Below, piece by piece: positions 7,780-16,038 of a stretch of 25,743 bases of DNA (positions within the stretch are counted from its first letter, which is position 1; every line of letters starts with the position of its first letter). Both the position numbers and the translations under genes were made by a program. Location: positions 1 through 25,743 of the forward strand of contig JBPYFC010000264.1 of NCBI GenBank assembly GCA_051984705.1, given 5' to 3'. The notes under the pieces were generated by a model. The model was not told the DNA's origin and did no database searches. It was given only the letters and a program-made list of their open reading frames with translations. This DNA is from Chthoniobacterales bacterium. Its GTDB lineage: Bacteria > Verrucomicrobiota > Verrucomicrobiia > Chthoniobacterales > JAFAMB01.

Positions 7780-8235
7780 ATGAAGAAGAGTCATCGCATC
7801 GCCTCCTACGTAGAAAGCCTCGATACCGGCTCGCACCCCGATCGGGATCCCCACTATGTCGGCTACTTTCTTTGTTTCAACGACCAGCGCTATTACGAAG
7901 CCCACGACGTGCTCGAACAGCTGTGGCTGAAATCCCACGGCGTACATCATCAATTTTTCAAAGGCCTCATTCAACTAGCTGGCGCTTTTGTTCATTTGAA
8001 AAAACAGTACTTACGACCCGAACACGCGAAAGATAGCCGGCGATTGAGGCCCGCCTACAGGCTGTTCAGAATTGCCCAATCCAATCTGGAACCGTTCGAA
8101 CCGAAATTCCTGGGTTTGGATGTAGCTGAAGCAACGCGTTTATGCGCGGCGAATATTGCTGCAATCGAGGAAAGCGAATTTCGAAAGAACCCCTGGAACC
8201 CGGAAAAAGCACCCCGGTTGACGATGAATCCATAG
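7780..8235 (+). CDS. DUF309 domain protein
   Basis: FN..RYYEAHDVLEQLW and FFKGLIQLAGAFVHL match the DUF309 pattern as I recall it. Confidence 0.88.
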   Translation: MKKSHRIASYVESLDTGSHPDRDPHYVGYFLCFNDQRYYEAHDVLEQLWLKSHGVHHQFFKGLIQLAGAFVHLKKQYLRPEHAKDSRRLRPAYRLFRIAQSNLEPFEPKFLGLDVAEATRLCAANIAAIEESEFRKNPWNPEKAPRLTMNP

Positions 8236-8319
8236 GATGGGCAGCAGGTGTTTAATCGATTGCCTTGCCAGTCAACCGCGATAAACTGTGCCCGGTTTAG
8301 CCTGAATTGGGAATAGAGT

Positions 8320-9261
8320 ATGTCGCAAGTTTTTCGAATTCTGTTCTTGGCGGTCATTCTGCTGGAGCTTGTGTCCGCTACGGAGGCACAAATAGCCGGA
8401 GCTTATATCGCAATCGATCACACCACTGGCTACGTCTTGGACGGCTATAAGGAGCGGGATAAACGCCCGGTCGCGGATTTGACAAAAATTGCTACCGCAA
8501 AGGTGGTTCTGGACTGGGCCGAGAAGACCGGAACAGATCTTGCCCAACAAGTAGTCGTGCCGCCCCAGGCTCTCACCGACATCGGGGGCGGGAATACGAT
8601 CGGTTTGCAGCAGAATGACCTTATAAGCTACCGCGATCTGATTTACGCAATGATGATGCAATCGGACAACGCGGCCGCCGAAACGCTCGCTTATTACGTC
8701 GGCTCCGCCCTCCGCTCGCAGGGCGGTTCGCAAGGTCTGAGCGCTGAGGAAACGTTCGTCTCGCAAATGAACGCTCTCGCCCGTCAATTAGGTATGGAGC
8801 GTACGCTTTTTATTAATCCACATGGTCTGGAACCACGTAAAGGACTGCAGCCTCATTCGACTGCGTCTGATATGTCGAAGCTGGCTCAGTACGCGATGAA
8901 AGACGCTGGCTTCCGCTTTTACGTGTCGCAAAAGGAACGGAAAGTCACAATTGTCCGTGCTGGCCGCCCTTGGTTTTACATGCTGCGCAACACCAATGAA
9001 CTGGTTGGCACCAACGGCATTGACGGCGTTAAAACCGGTCGCACTGCAAAAGCTGGCGATTGTATTATTCTGTCCTCGCAACGGGACCCCGAAGTGAAAC
9101 AGGAAGGCGCTACAACTCTGGTAACTCCACGGCGGGTCGACCTAGTCGTTCTGGCGGCTACCGACCGGACAGCGGTCGGCAACGAACTATTGAACAAAGC
9201 ATGGTCGCTCTATGATCAATGGGCCGCCGCGGGCCGGCCGCCGATGCCTGCAACGCGATAA
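8320..9261 (+). CDS. Peptidase S11 (D-Ala-D-Ala carboxypeptidase/PBP5-like) homolog with the catalytic Ser replaced by Asp
   Basis: Signal peptide-like N-terminus, PVADLTKIAT (motif 1, normally P.ASLTK), SDN (SxN), F.NPHGL, STA.DM and GVKTG (KTG). No C-terminal PBP5 domain. Confidence 0.88.
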   Translation: MSQVFRILFLAVILLELVSATEAQIAGAYIAIDHTTGYVLDGYKERDKRPVADLTKIATAKVVLDWAEKTGTDLAQQVVVPPQALTDIGGGNTIGLQQNDLISYRDLIYAMMMQSDNAAAETLAYYVGSALRSQGGSQGLSAEETFVSQMNALARQLGMERTLFINPHGLEPRKGLQPHSTASDMSKLAQYAMKDAGFRFYVSQKERKVTIVRAGRPWFYMLRNTNELVGTNGIDGVKTGRTAKAGDCIILSSQRDPEVKQEGATTLVTPRRVDLVVLAATDRTAVGNELLNKAWSLYDQWAAAGRPPMPATR

Positions 9262-9276
9262 AGTGAGCGAACCGAA

Positions 9277-9756
9277 ATGGATCCAATACTTCAGCTTCTA
9301 CAGCAAAATGCGTGCATGTCGCGCAAAGACATCGCAAATGCGGTGAATCTTTCCCTCGAAGAAGTCGAGCAACGCATTAAAGATTATGAGCAATCTGGTG
9401 TGATCCTAGCTTATCAAGCTGTGATCGACACTGAAAAACTGTCGAGTGACGACGTGATAGCATTCATCGAGGTCCGAATTACCCCAGAACGCGGCGGAGG
9501 ATTCGATCGACTCGCCGAGAGAATCGCCAAGTTCGATGAGGTGAAAAGCTGCTGGCTAATAAGCGGCGGATACGATCTCGCAGTCTTGGTCGAATGCAAA
9601 AATCTTCGAGCAGTTGCGCGGTTTGTGGCTGAAAAGCTCAGCACGGTTGAAGGGGTGCTTTCCACAGCAACCCGGTTCCGATTAAAGAATTACAAACAGA
9701 ACGGCGTCTTGTTAACTCAGCGAGAGCAGGTTGAGCGGCTTCCGGTCACGCCGTAG
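9277..9756 (+). CDS. Lrp/AsnC family transcriptional regulator (YugG/AlaR-like)
   Basis: N-terminal HTH (LQQNACMS...IANAVNLS.EEV..RI..YEQSGVI..Y), AsnC ligand domain (C.LISGGYDL) and YugG-type tail ending ERLPVTP. Paired with an aminotransferase, as in B. subtilis yugG-yugH. Confidence 0.93.
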   Translation: MDPILQLLQQNACMSRKDIANAVNLSLEEVEQRIKDYEQSGVILAYQAVIDTEKLSSDDVIAFIEVRITPERGGGFDRLAERIAKFDEVKSCWLISGGYDLAVLVECKNLRAVARFVAEKLSTVEGVLSTATRFRLKNYKQNGVLLTQREQVERLPVTP

Positions 9757-9763
9757 CACGCCT

Positions 9764-10936
9764 ATGGATCTGAGTCGTTATCTGGCAAACCATATTCGCA
9801 ACATCCCTCGTTCCGGGATCCGAGACTTTTTCGAGGTCGTTCAGTCGATGAGCGGCGTCATTTCCCTCGGTATTGGAGAGCCGGACTACGTAACGCCCTG
9901 GCGAATACGCGAAGCTGCGATTTTTGCGTTAGAGCAAGGAAAAACCGGCTACACATCGAACCTCGGTCTTGTTCAACTCCGCCAGGCAATCGCACGGTAC
10001 CTCCGGCAACAATATGCGGTTTGCTACGACCCGAAAACAGAGATCCTGGTGAGCGTCGGTGTTTCAGAAGCGCTCGACCTCGCGCTGCGCGCTCTTTTGA
10101 ATCCAGGTGACGAAGTTATTTTTCACGAACCCTGTTACGTTTCGTACAATCCAAGCATCGTTCTGGCCCATGGCAGAGGCGTTCCGGTCCAGACAAGAGC
10201 CGCCAGAGACTTCCGTCTAGACGCAATCGACATAGAGCGGGCCATCACTGCGCGATCAAAAATTCTTCTTCTGAATTTTCCAACCAACCCGACGGGAGGA
10301 GTCCTCTGCAATCAGGACCTCGAAGCCATTGCCGACGTTTGCGTCCGGCATGATCTCCTCGTCCTGTCCGACGAAATTTACAGTGGATTGGTTTACGACG
10401 GTGGTAAGCATGCCTCAATCGCCGCCTTGCCTGGGATGAAGGAACGGACGATCCTTTTAAATGGTTGCTCTAAATCCTTCGCGATGACGGGCTTTCGAGT
10501 CGGATACGCATGTGCACCGGCGCCTTTGATCGAGGCGCTGATGAAGGTACATCAATACGCAATCATGTGCGCATCCATCATGTCGCAGGAGGCAGCGATC
10601 GAAGCTCTGGAAAATTGCGACCGCGAAGTCGAGGCCATGCGGCGTGACTACGAACAACGGCGTAACTTTGTCATACGCCGGCTAAACGAGATGGGGTTAC
10701 CATGCCACGCTCCAAAAGGCGCGTTTTATGCCTTTCCGGACATCAGCGGCACCGGGCTTTCGAGCACAGAATTTTCGATGCGTTTACTAACATCGCAAAA
10801 GGTTGCGGTCGTCCCCGGAACAGCATTCGGAGCGCCTGGCGAAGGGTTCGTGCGCTGTTGTTTCGCCACGGGATTTGACAAGCTCAAAGAGGCCATGGAT
10901 CGGATGGAGGCGTTTGTAACGCCGACGCCGCCGTGA
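9764..10936 (+). CDS. PLP-dependent class I/II aminotransferase (YugH/AlaT-like)
   Basis: SGIRDFF, ISLGIGEPD, NFPTNPTG, SDEIY, NGCSKSFAMTGFRVG (PLP lysine), GAFYAF and VPGTAFG. Start moved to ATG 9764, 7 nt after the Lrp stop. Confidence 0.95.
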   Translation: MDLSRYLANHIRNIPRSGIRDFFEVVQSMSGVISLGIGEPDYVTPWRIREAAIFALEQGKTGYTSNLGLVQLRQAIARYLRQQYAVCYDPKTEILVSVGVSEALDLALRALLNPGDEVIFHEPCYVSYNPSIVLAHGRGVPVQTRAARDFRLDAIDIERAITARSKILLLNFPTNPTGGVLCNQDLEAIADVCVRHDLLVLSDEIYSGLVYDGGKHASIAALPGMKERTILLNGCSKSFAMTGFRVGYACAPAPLIEALMKVHQYAIMCASIMSQEAAIEALENCDREVEAMRRDYEQRRNFVIRRLNEMGLPCHAPKGAFYAFPDISGTGLSSTEFSMRLLTSQKVAVVPGTAFGAPGEGFVRCCFATGFDKLKEAMDRMEAFVTPTPP

Positions 10937-10944
10937 TCAGATAT

Positions 10945-11018
10945 TTGGAGGGGCGTTGCTTGCAACGCCCGAAACGGACGTTACGACGGGCGCAGGCGTT
11001 GCAAGCAGCGCCCTCCAA
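10945..11018. repeat. REP-like hairpin with internally palindromic arms
   Basis: ttggaggggcgttgcttgcaacgcc (10945-10969) versus ggcgttgcaagcagcgccctccaa (10995-11018): near-perfect inverted repeat with one substitution and one indel. The left arm contains ggcgttgc-tt-gcaacgcc. Confidence 0.8.
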
Positions 11019-11046
11019 TCTCCAATCGACTTACCATTCCCAATTT

Positions 11047-11784
11047 ATGGCTAGCAACGTAACGAAGGCGGTGGTTCTTGCTGCGGGGCGGGGCACGCGA
11101 ATGCGTGAGCTTACGAACGACCTGCCAAAACCGATGGTCATCGTCCGCGGTAAACCCGTTTTGCACCATATAATTGAGGGACTTGCGGCAGCGGGGCTAA
11201 ATCAAATTCTGCTCGTCGTGGGATATCGCAAAGAAGTTGTCCAAGACTATTTTGGCGACGGCTCAGAACACGGCGCCCGGATTGATTACGTTGAACAAGT
11301 CGTTCAGGACGGAACCGGAAAAGTTGTTGAGCTTGCCAAAGAGTTTTGCGGCTCTTCGCCTTTTGTACTGAGCTATGGCGATATACTCGTCCAGCCCTCC
11401 ACCTACCCTGCGTTCGCCAAACTCGGCAATGCAGAGATGATCTTGGCCGTTCGCCGATCCACAGAAATATCGAAAGGCGGTGCCGTTTACTTGAACTCGG
11501 CATTCGAAGTAGTTGATTTGCGCGAGAAACAGCAAGCGCACGAAGTAACCACTCCCTGGTACAATGCGGGAATCTACACCTTCAAAGAGAGCATTTTTTC
11601 CTACGTGTCGCGCTTGGAACGGTCTGCTCGCGGAGAATACGAGCTGACAGATGCGGTTCGAGCCATGGCACTCGAAGGCAAGAAGATCAAAGCTGTCGAA
11701 ATCAAAGGCGACTGGGCAGATGTACGCGATCCGGAGGTTTTGGCCGAGTTAAATCGCGCGTCGGTTGGGCACGAGCGCCAGTAG
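11047..11784 (+). CDS. Sugar-phosphate nucleotidyltransferase (NTP_transferase, RmlA/archaeal GlmU-like N-domain)
   Basis: KAVVLAAGRGTRM, LPKPM, Y..Q...DGTG, LSYGD, NAGIY, RGEYELTDA and W.DV. The likely start is ATG 11047 because the track extension runs through the REP hairpin. Confidence 0.9.
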   Translation: MASNVTKAVVLAAGRGTRMRELTNDLPKPMVIVRGKPVLHHIIEGLAAAGLNQILLVVGYRKEVVQDYFGDGSEHGARIDYVEQVVQDGTGKVVELAKEFCGSSPFVLSYGDILVQPSTYPAFAKLGNAEMILAVRRSTEISKGGAVYLNSAFEVVDLREKQQAHEVTTPWYNAGIYTFKESIFSYVSRLERSARGEYELTDAVRAMALEGKKIKAVEIKGDWADVRDPEVLAELNRASVGHERQ

Positions 11785-11796
11785 GGCTGAGCTTTA

Positions 11797-11818
11797 TCCG
11801 GCAGTCGCCGGACTTTTT
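11797..11818 (+). terminator. Possible intrinsic terminator after the nucleotidyltransferase
   Basis: tccggc-agtc-gccgga hairpin followed by cttttt. The stem is short. Confidence 0.4.
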
Positions 11819-11989
11819 CGACGGCAGCCCAAAGAACGTCGAGCTAGATCCGCCAATGGCGTGATCAATCCGGAGGATTGGATTTCGAAGCTTCTAGTCC
11901 GGCCAGGGCCGGATGGATGACCTTCCAGGTCGACGTCCGGATCATGGGCTTGAACGGCCCTTGTCTTCGATGCTTATTTGTATCGCAAC

Positions 11990-13618
11990 ATGGATATCGG
12001 CTTTGCACAGATTAATGCCACCGTCGGCGATATTGAGGGCAACTTGGAGCGTATCTACTCCGCTTACACGAAAGCCGTCGCGAACGGCGCACAGCTCGTT
12101 CTAACGCCGGAACTTGTCCTGACCGGATACCCACCCCAGGACCTCGTCTTTAAGTCGCGTTTCGTTCCGGAAACATTGGAAGCATTAGAAGAGCTGCATA
12201 ATCGGATCGGCACTGCACCTCTTCTGGTCGGATACGTCGATTTTAACCCGAACAAAACTGGTAAGCCATTTGTGAACGCCTGCGCCGTGCTGGTGAAAGG
12301 CGAACCGATTCGGAAGGTGTTTAAGACGCTTTTGCCAACATATGACGTATTCGATGAAGCACGCTATTTTGAACCCGCCCAGACGCAGGAGCCAATTGAG
12401 CTGCTGGGAACCAAAGTCGGGGTCACGATTTGCGAAGATGTCTGGACCGACAAATACCTCGAACGCGATCTCTACGCCCAGGATCCGGTCGGGACGCTGG
12501 TGGCAAAGGGCGCGCAGCTGATCGTGAACCTGAGCTCTTCGCCGTACAAAGTTGGCAAAGCTGCCCTACGACGGGAGATGGTTTCCGAGCTCGCTCTTCA
12601 ATACAGAATCCCTTTCTATTACTGCAACGCCATTGGCGGAAACGACGACCTGATCTTCGACGGAAACTCATTTGTCATCGATGCCCAAGGAAAAGTCACC
12701 TTGGCGATGGCGCCGTTCCAAGAAGAGATCGCTATCGCGAAGGCTACGGATAAACCTTGCTCGGTAGAGGACCCACTGCCTGAAGCCGAGATTTACGATG
12801 CGCTGGTTCTTGGTGTTCGAGACTACTTCGCAAAGTGCGGCTTTCGAACCGCTGTTCTAGGTTTAAGTGGGGGAATTGATTCCGCGGTCACGGCAGCGAT
12901 CGCCGTTGCCGCGCTGAGTAACCACAATGTCGTCGGCATCTCGATGCCGAGTACTTACTCCTCAAAGGGAAGCCTTGATGATGCTTACGCATTAGCTGAG
13001 AACCTGGGAATCGTGCGTCATGTTATTCCGATTAAGGAGCCATTCGACGTCCTGAAAAGCCAGTTTAAAGAAATTTTCGCCGGCAGGAATGAGGATGCCA
13101 CTGAAGAAAATATGCAATCCCGGCTGCGAGGCCTCATTCTGATGTCTCTGTCAAACAAGTTCGGCCACCTGCTGCTGACGACAGGAAACAAAAGCGAGCT
13201 GGCTGTTGGTTATTGCACGATCTACGGCGACATGTGCGGTGGCCTCGCCGTGATCAGCGACGTGCCAAAAACGATGGTCTATAAGTTAGCGGCCTGGATC
13301 AATCGCGAGCGCGAGATTATTCCGCCAAATTCAATCAGCAAACCGCCCAGCGCTGAATTGAAGCCCAACCAAAAGGATCAGGATACGCTTCCTTCTTATG
13401 ACATTCTCGACGCTGTGTTGAAACTCTACGTAGAGGAACACCTCAGCCCGGAAGACATCATCGGTCGTGGCTTCGATGCAGGCGTTGTCCGGTGGATACA
13501 GCAGCGGGTCGACATGAATGAATACAAACGGCGTCAGGCAGCAATTGGACTGAAAGTGACTACGCTTGCGTTCGGGACGGGTTGGCGTATGCCTATCGCC
13601 CAGCGATACCTGCGGTAG
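11990..13618 (+). CDS. nadE: Glutamine-dependent NAD+ synthetase
   Basis: Nitrilase-fold triad present (PELVLTGYPP, K.LLPTYDVFDEARYF, TICEDVW). Synthetase domain GLSGGIDSA, MPS.YSS, EN.QSRLRG, TTGNKSE, GY.T.YGD and PPSAELKPNQKDQD. ATG 11990 is preferred over TTG 11978. Confidence 0.97.
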   Translation: MDIGFAQINATVGDIEGNLERIYSAYTKAVANGAQLVLTPELVLTGYPPQDLVFKSRFVPETLEALEELHNRIGTAPLLVGYVDFNPNKTGKPFVNACAVLVKGEPIRKVFKTLLPTYDVFDEARYFEPAQTQEPIELLGTKVGVTICEDVWTDKYLERDLYAQDPVGTLVAKGAQLIVNLSSSPYKVGKAALRREMVSELALQYRIPFYYCNAIGGNDDLIFDGNSFVIDAQGKVTLAMAPFQEEIAIAKATDKPCSVEDPLPEAEIYDALVLGVRDYFAKCGFRTAVLGLSGGIDSAVTAAIAVAALSNHNVVGISMPSTYSSKGSLDDAYALAENLGIVRHVIPIKEPFDVLKSQFKEIFAGRNEDATEENMQSRLRGLILMSLSNKFGHLLLTTGNKSELAVGYCTIYGDMCGGLAVISDVPKTMVYKLAAWINREREIIPPNSISKPPSAELKPNQKDQDTLPSYDILDAVLKLYVEEHLSPEDIIGRGFDAGVVRWIQQRVDMNEYKRRQAAIGLKVTTLAFGTGWRMPIAQRYLR

Positions 13619-13890
13619 TGTCCTGCTTGCGAAGCAGCTGGGCTTTTGTTGCGGTCAAAATGGGCCCTCGGCCAAGCGCGAGGAGCGGAACGAATGCAAG
13701 TTAGTACGTGACCGACGAGCAACGCTGCCATAGGCCCATTTTCATCGCAACTCGAAGGGTCGTGGTGAATTCGCTGTTTTTCTTCGTTGCTCTCTCCTTA
13801 CATATGAATCTACATATGCTCGTCGCTCGCGCCTTGAAAAACAGCGAATTGACCGACGGCAAAAGCCCAGCTACTTCGCAAGCAGGACAC
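13618..13890. mobile_element. MITE-like non-coding element, 273 bp, with nested inverted repeats
   Basis: 31-bp terminal inverted repeats at 13618-13648 and 13860-13890 (30/31 match). Inner IR pairs 13648-13666/13733-13751 (17/19) and 13768-13782/13836-13850 (15/15). No transposase and no clear target-site duplication. Confidence 0.7.
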
Positions 13891-13904
13891 AGACCCATCT
13901 GGAA

Positions 13905-14780
13905 ATGAAAGACTACTTAGCCTCTCGCCAGCAAATCGTGGATGCGGCGCTGGAAGCGTACCTGCCTAAACCAAAGGTTAAACCCGAGACAATCCATAAG
14001 GCGATGCGGTATAGCTTGTTCGCCGGTGGAAAACGATTGCGGCCGATCCTTTGCATCGCAGCTGCAGAGTCCTGTGGAGGAAAGTCCAAAGATGCCATGC
14101 CGTTGGCGTGCGCCGTCGAATGCATTCACACCTATTCCCTCATTCATGATGACCTCCCCTGCATGGATAACGACGATTTCAGGAGAGGAATGCCAACCTC
14201 GCATAAAGTATACGGCGAAGGGATCGCAGTGCTCGCTGGGGACGCCTTACTTACAATCGCATTTGAATTAGCGTCGAACGCAACCGGATGGTCGCGCTAC
14301 CCAATTAGCGGCGTCGTCAATGAGCTCGCCGTAACCGCCGGAAGCAGACACCTGATCGCCGGTCAGGTTGCTGACCTCGAGAACGAGGGAAAAAAAGTCT
14401 CTCTCGCGACGCTCGAATTCATTCATGAATCCAAAACGGCGGCATTGCTGCGAACATCGGTCCGGTTAGGCGCGATGAGCGCTAACGCGGCGCCGCGCCA
14501 ACTCAGCAATATTTCCGAGTTCGGCCACAACCTCGGGCTCGCGTTCCAAGTCATTGACGACATCCTCGACGTTACACAGACAACTGAAAAGCTCGGCAAA
14601 AGCGCCGGAAAAGACCTTGCCGCTGAGAAAGCAACCTATCCGTCGGTGGTTGGCTTGGAGCGTTCCAGGAAGATCGCTCAGAGCCTGACTGAAAAAGCGC
14701 ATGCCGCGCTCAAACCGTTTGGGCGCAAGGCGGAGACACTGCACGGGCTGGCAGATCATCTCCTGGCGCGGGAATATTGA
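13905..14780 (+). CDS. ispA: Farnesyl/geranylgeranyl diphosphate synthase
   Basis: GGKRLRP, HTYSLIHDDLPCMDNDDFRRG (FARM), LAGDALL, GQ, KT, FQVIDDILD (SARM), GK..GKD and KATYP. Confidence 0.95.
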   Translation: MKDYLASRQQIVDAALEAYLPKPKVKPETIHKAMRYSLFAGGKRLRPILCIAAAESCGGKSKDAMPLACAVECIHTYSLIHDDLPCMDNDDFRRGMPTSHKVYGEGIAVLAGDALLTIAFELASNATGWSRYPISGVVNELAVTAGSRHLIAGQVADLENEGKKVSLATLEFIHESKTAALLRTSVRLGAMSANAAPRQLSNISEFGHNLGLAFQVIDDILDVTQTTEKLGKSAGKDLAAEKATYPSVVGLERSRKIAQSLTEKAHAALKPFGRKAETLHGLADHLLAREY

Positions 14781-14814
14781 GGTTCGCTCGGGTGCGCGAG
14801 CCTAAAATTTTCAT

Positions 14815-14843
14815 TTGTCACAGCAGGCTCACTGTGGCACTTT
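14815..14843 (+). promoter_or_regulatory. Candidate sigma70 promoter for rplU-rpmA
   Basis: TTGTCA (14815-14820), 17 nt, CACTTT (14838-14843) preceded by TG-N. Confidence 0.4.
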
Positions 14844-14869
14844 CCCGGCCTTTCCAAACATTCCGAGCC

Positions 14870-15184
14870 ATGGCATACGCAATAATTCGTTCCGGTGGTA
14901 AGCAGTATCGGGTAAGCCCCGGAGACACGATCAGTGTGGAAAAATTAGCGGCTTCCGCCGGCGATAAGGTAACCTTTGCGGATGTCCTCTTACACGCGGA
15001 AGGATCGAACGTCACTCCAGGGACGCCCCTGATCAGCGGAGCAAAGGTAACCGGTGAAGTCCTCGAACAGGTGAAGGACAAAAAAATTGTCGCATTCAAA
15101 TATAAGCGGCGAAAAGGGTACCACCGGACAGTCGGTCATCGTCGTCAGTTGACTCAGGTTAAGATCGAAACGATTGATCTTTAG
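14870..15184 (+). CDS. rplU: 50S ribosomal protein L21
   Basis: [35 protein letters not shown]. Start moved to ATG 14870. Confidence 0.98.
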   Translation: MAYAIIRSGGKQYRVSPGDTISVEKLAASAGDKVTFADVLLHAEGSNVTPGTPLISGAKVTGEVLEQVKDKKIVAFKYKRRKGYHRTVGHRRQLTQVKIETIDL

Positions 15185-15204
15185 TATCGAAAGGTTTTCG
15201 AAGT

Positions 15205-15477
15205 ATGGCGCACAAAAAAGGTCAAGGCAGCGTTAGAAACGGACGCGACAGCGTCAGCAAACGCTTGGGCGTAAAGAAGTTCGGCAGCCAGACTGTGGTT
15301 GCCGGTAACATTATCGTTCGCCAGCGCGGTACGAAGTTTTTGCCGGGGAAAAATGTAGGGCTTGGTCGGGACTATACGATCTTCGCTCTGGTAGACGGCA
15401 TTGTACGGTTCGATCAGAACGGTCGCCGGGTCAATGTCGAGCCGATCGAAGCGGCGCAGGTAAGCTCGAATAACTAA
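15205..15477 (+). CDS. rpmA: 50S ribosomal protein L27
   Basis: [23 protein letters not shown] and [11 protein letters not shown]. Short N-terminus with no Prp-cleaved extension, consistent with the absence of a prp/ysxB gene between rplU and rpmA. Confidence 0.99.
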   Translation: MAHKKGQGSVRNGRDSVSKRLGVKKFGSQTVVAGNIIVRQRGTKFLPGKNVGLGRDYTIFALVDGIVRFDQNGRRVNVEPIEAAQVSSNN

Positions 15478-15504
15478 TCCGGTAGCTGGATTCCCTCCCG
15501 ACGG

Positions 15505-15537
15505 AAAAAGCGCCTCGATAGTTGAGGCGCTTTTTTT
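15505..15537 (+). terminator. Intrinsic terminator after rpmA
   Basis: aaaaa-gcgcctc-gatagtt-gaggcgc-ttttttt: GC stem with a 7-T tract. The A-tract on the other side suggests it could work bidirectionally. Confidence 0.9.
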
Positions 15538-15576
15538 GTTTCATCTAACCCAGCGAATACCATAGACGGGCGAAGA

Positions 15577-16038
15577 ATGTTTAATGTTGTGCTAGTCGAA
15601 CCCGAGATTCCTCCGAATACCGGCAACGTCGCCCGTCTTTGTTTAGCAAGCGGAAGCCGGTTGCACCTGGTCAAGCCGTTGGGTTTTTCGGTGGACGATC
15701 GCCAGCTCCGTCGTGCCGGAATGGATTATTGGCATCAAGTGGATTTGCAATATTGGGAAGACTTGAACGCCTTTGAAACGGCTACACGCCCCCCAGCTCG
15801 GCGCTTTTTTTTTACTACCAAAACCGATCGGAACTATTGGGAGGCCGAGTTCGAGCCAGCCGACTATCTTGTTTTTGGGAGAGAAACGAGAGGCCTCCCG
15901 GAAAGCCTGCTCGACGCTCAATCCGAGAGCTGTCTAACCATCCCTATGCAGCCGGGAGCACGGAGCTTGAATCTGGCCACGGCTGTGGCTGTGATATTAT
16001 TCGAAGCGGTGCGCCAACTGGAACAGAAAAAGCGTTGA
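15577..16038 (+). CDS. trmL: tRNA (cytidine/uridine-34 2'-O)-methyltransferase, SPOUT family
   Basis: VVLVEPEIPPNTGNVARLC, LHLVKPLGF, LRRAGMDYW, LVFGRETRGLP and IPM...RSLNLATAV. Confidence 0.96.
   Translation: MFNVVLVEPEIPPNTGNVARLCLASGSRLHLVKPLGFSVDDRQLRRAGMDYWHQVDLQYWEDLNAFETATRPPARRFFFTTKTDRNYWEAEFEPADYLVFGRETRGLPESLLDAQSESCLTIPMQPGARSLNLATAVAVILFEAVRQLEQKKR

Noticed and set aside
10933-11046. N-terminal extension of the nucleotidyltransferase in the ORF track
   Set aside because: It translates through the REP-like hairpin; the family motif begins just after ATG 11047.
13534-13908. Small ORFs across the MITE-like element (13534-13731, 13701-13898, 13708-13908)
   Set aside because: No transposase or other motifs; they are best explained as chance frames in a palindromic element.
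14781-14869. L21-leader-type autoregulatory RNA upstream of rplU
   Set aside because: Only a weak imperfect hairpin, which lies upstream of the predicted promoter; I cannot match it to the Firmicutes L21 leader.
15837-16034. N-terminal extension of the ABC ATPase
   Set aside because: It lies wholly inside trmL in another frame; TTG 16035 gives a normal LolD-length protein.
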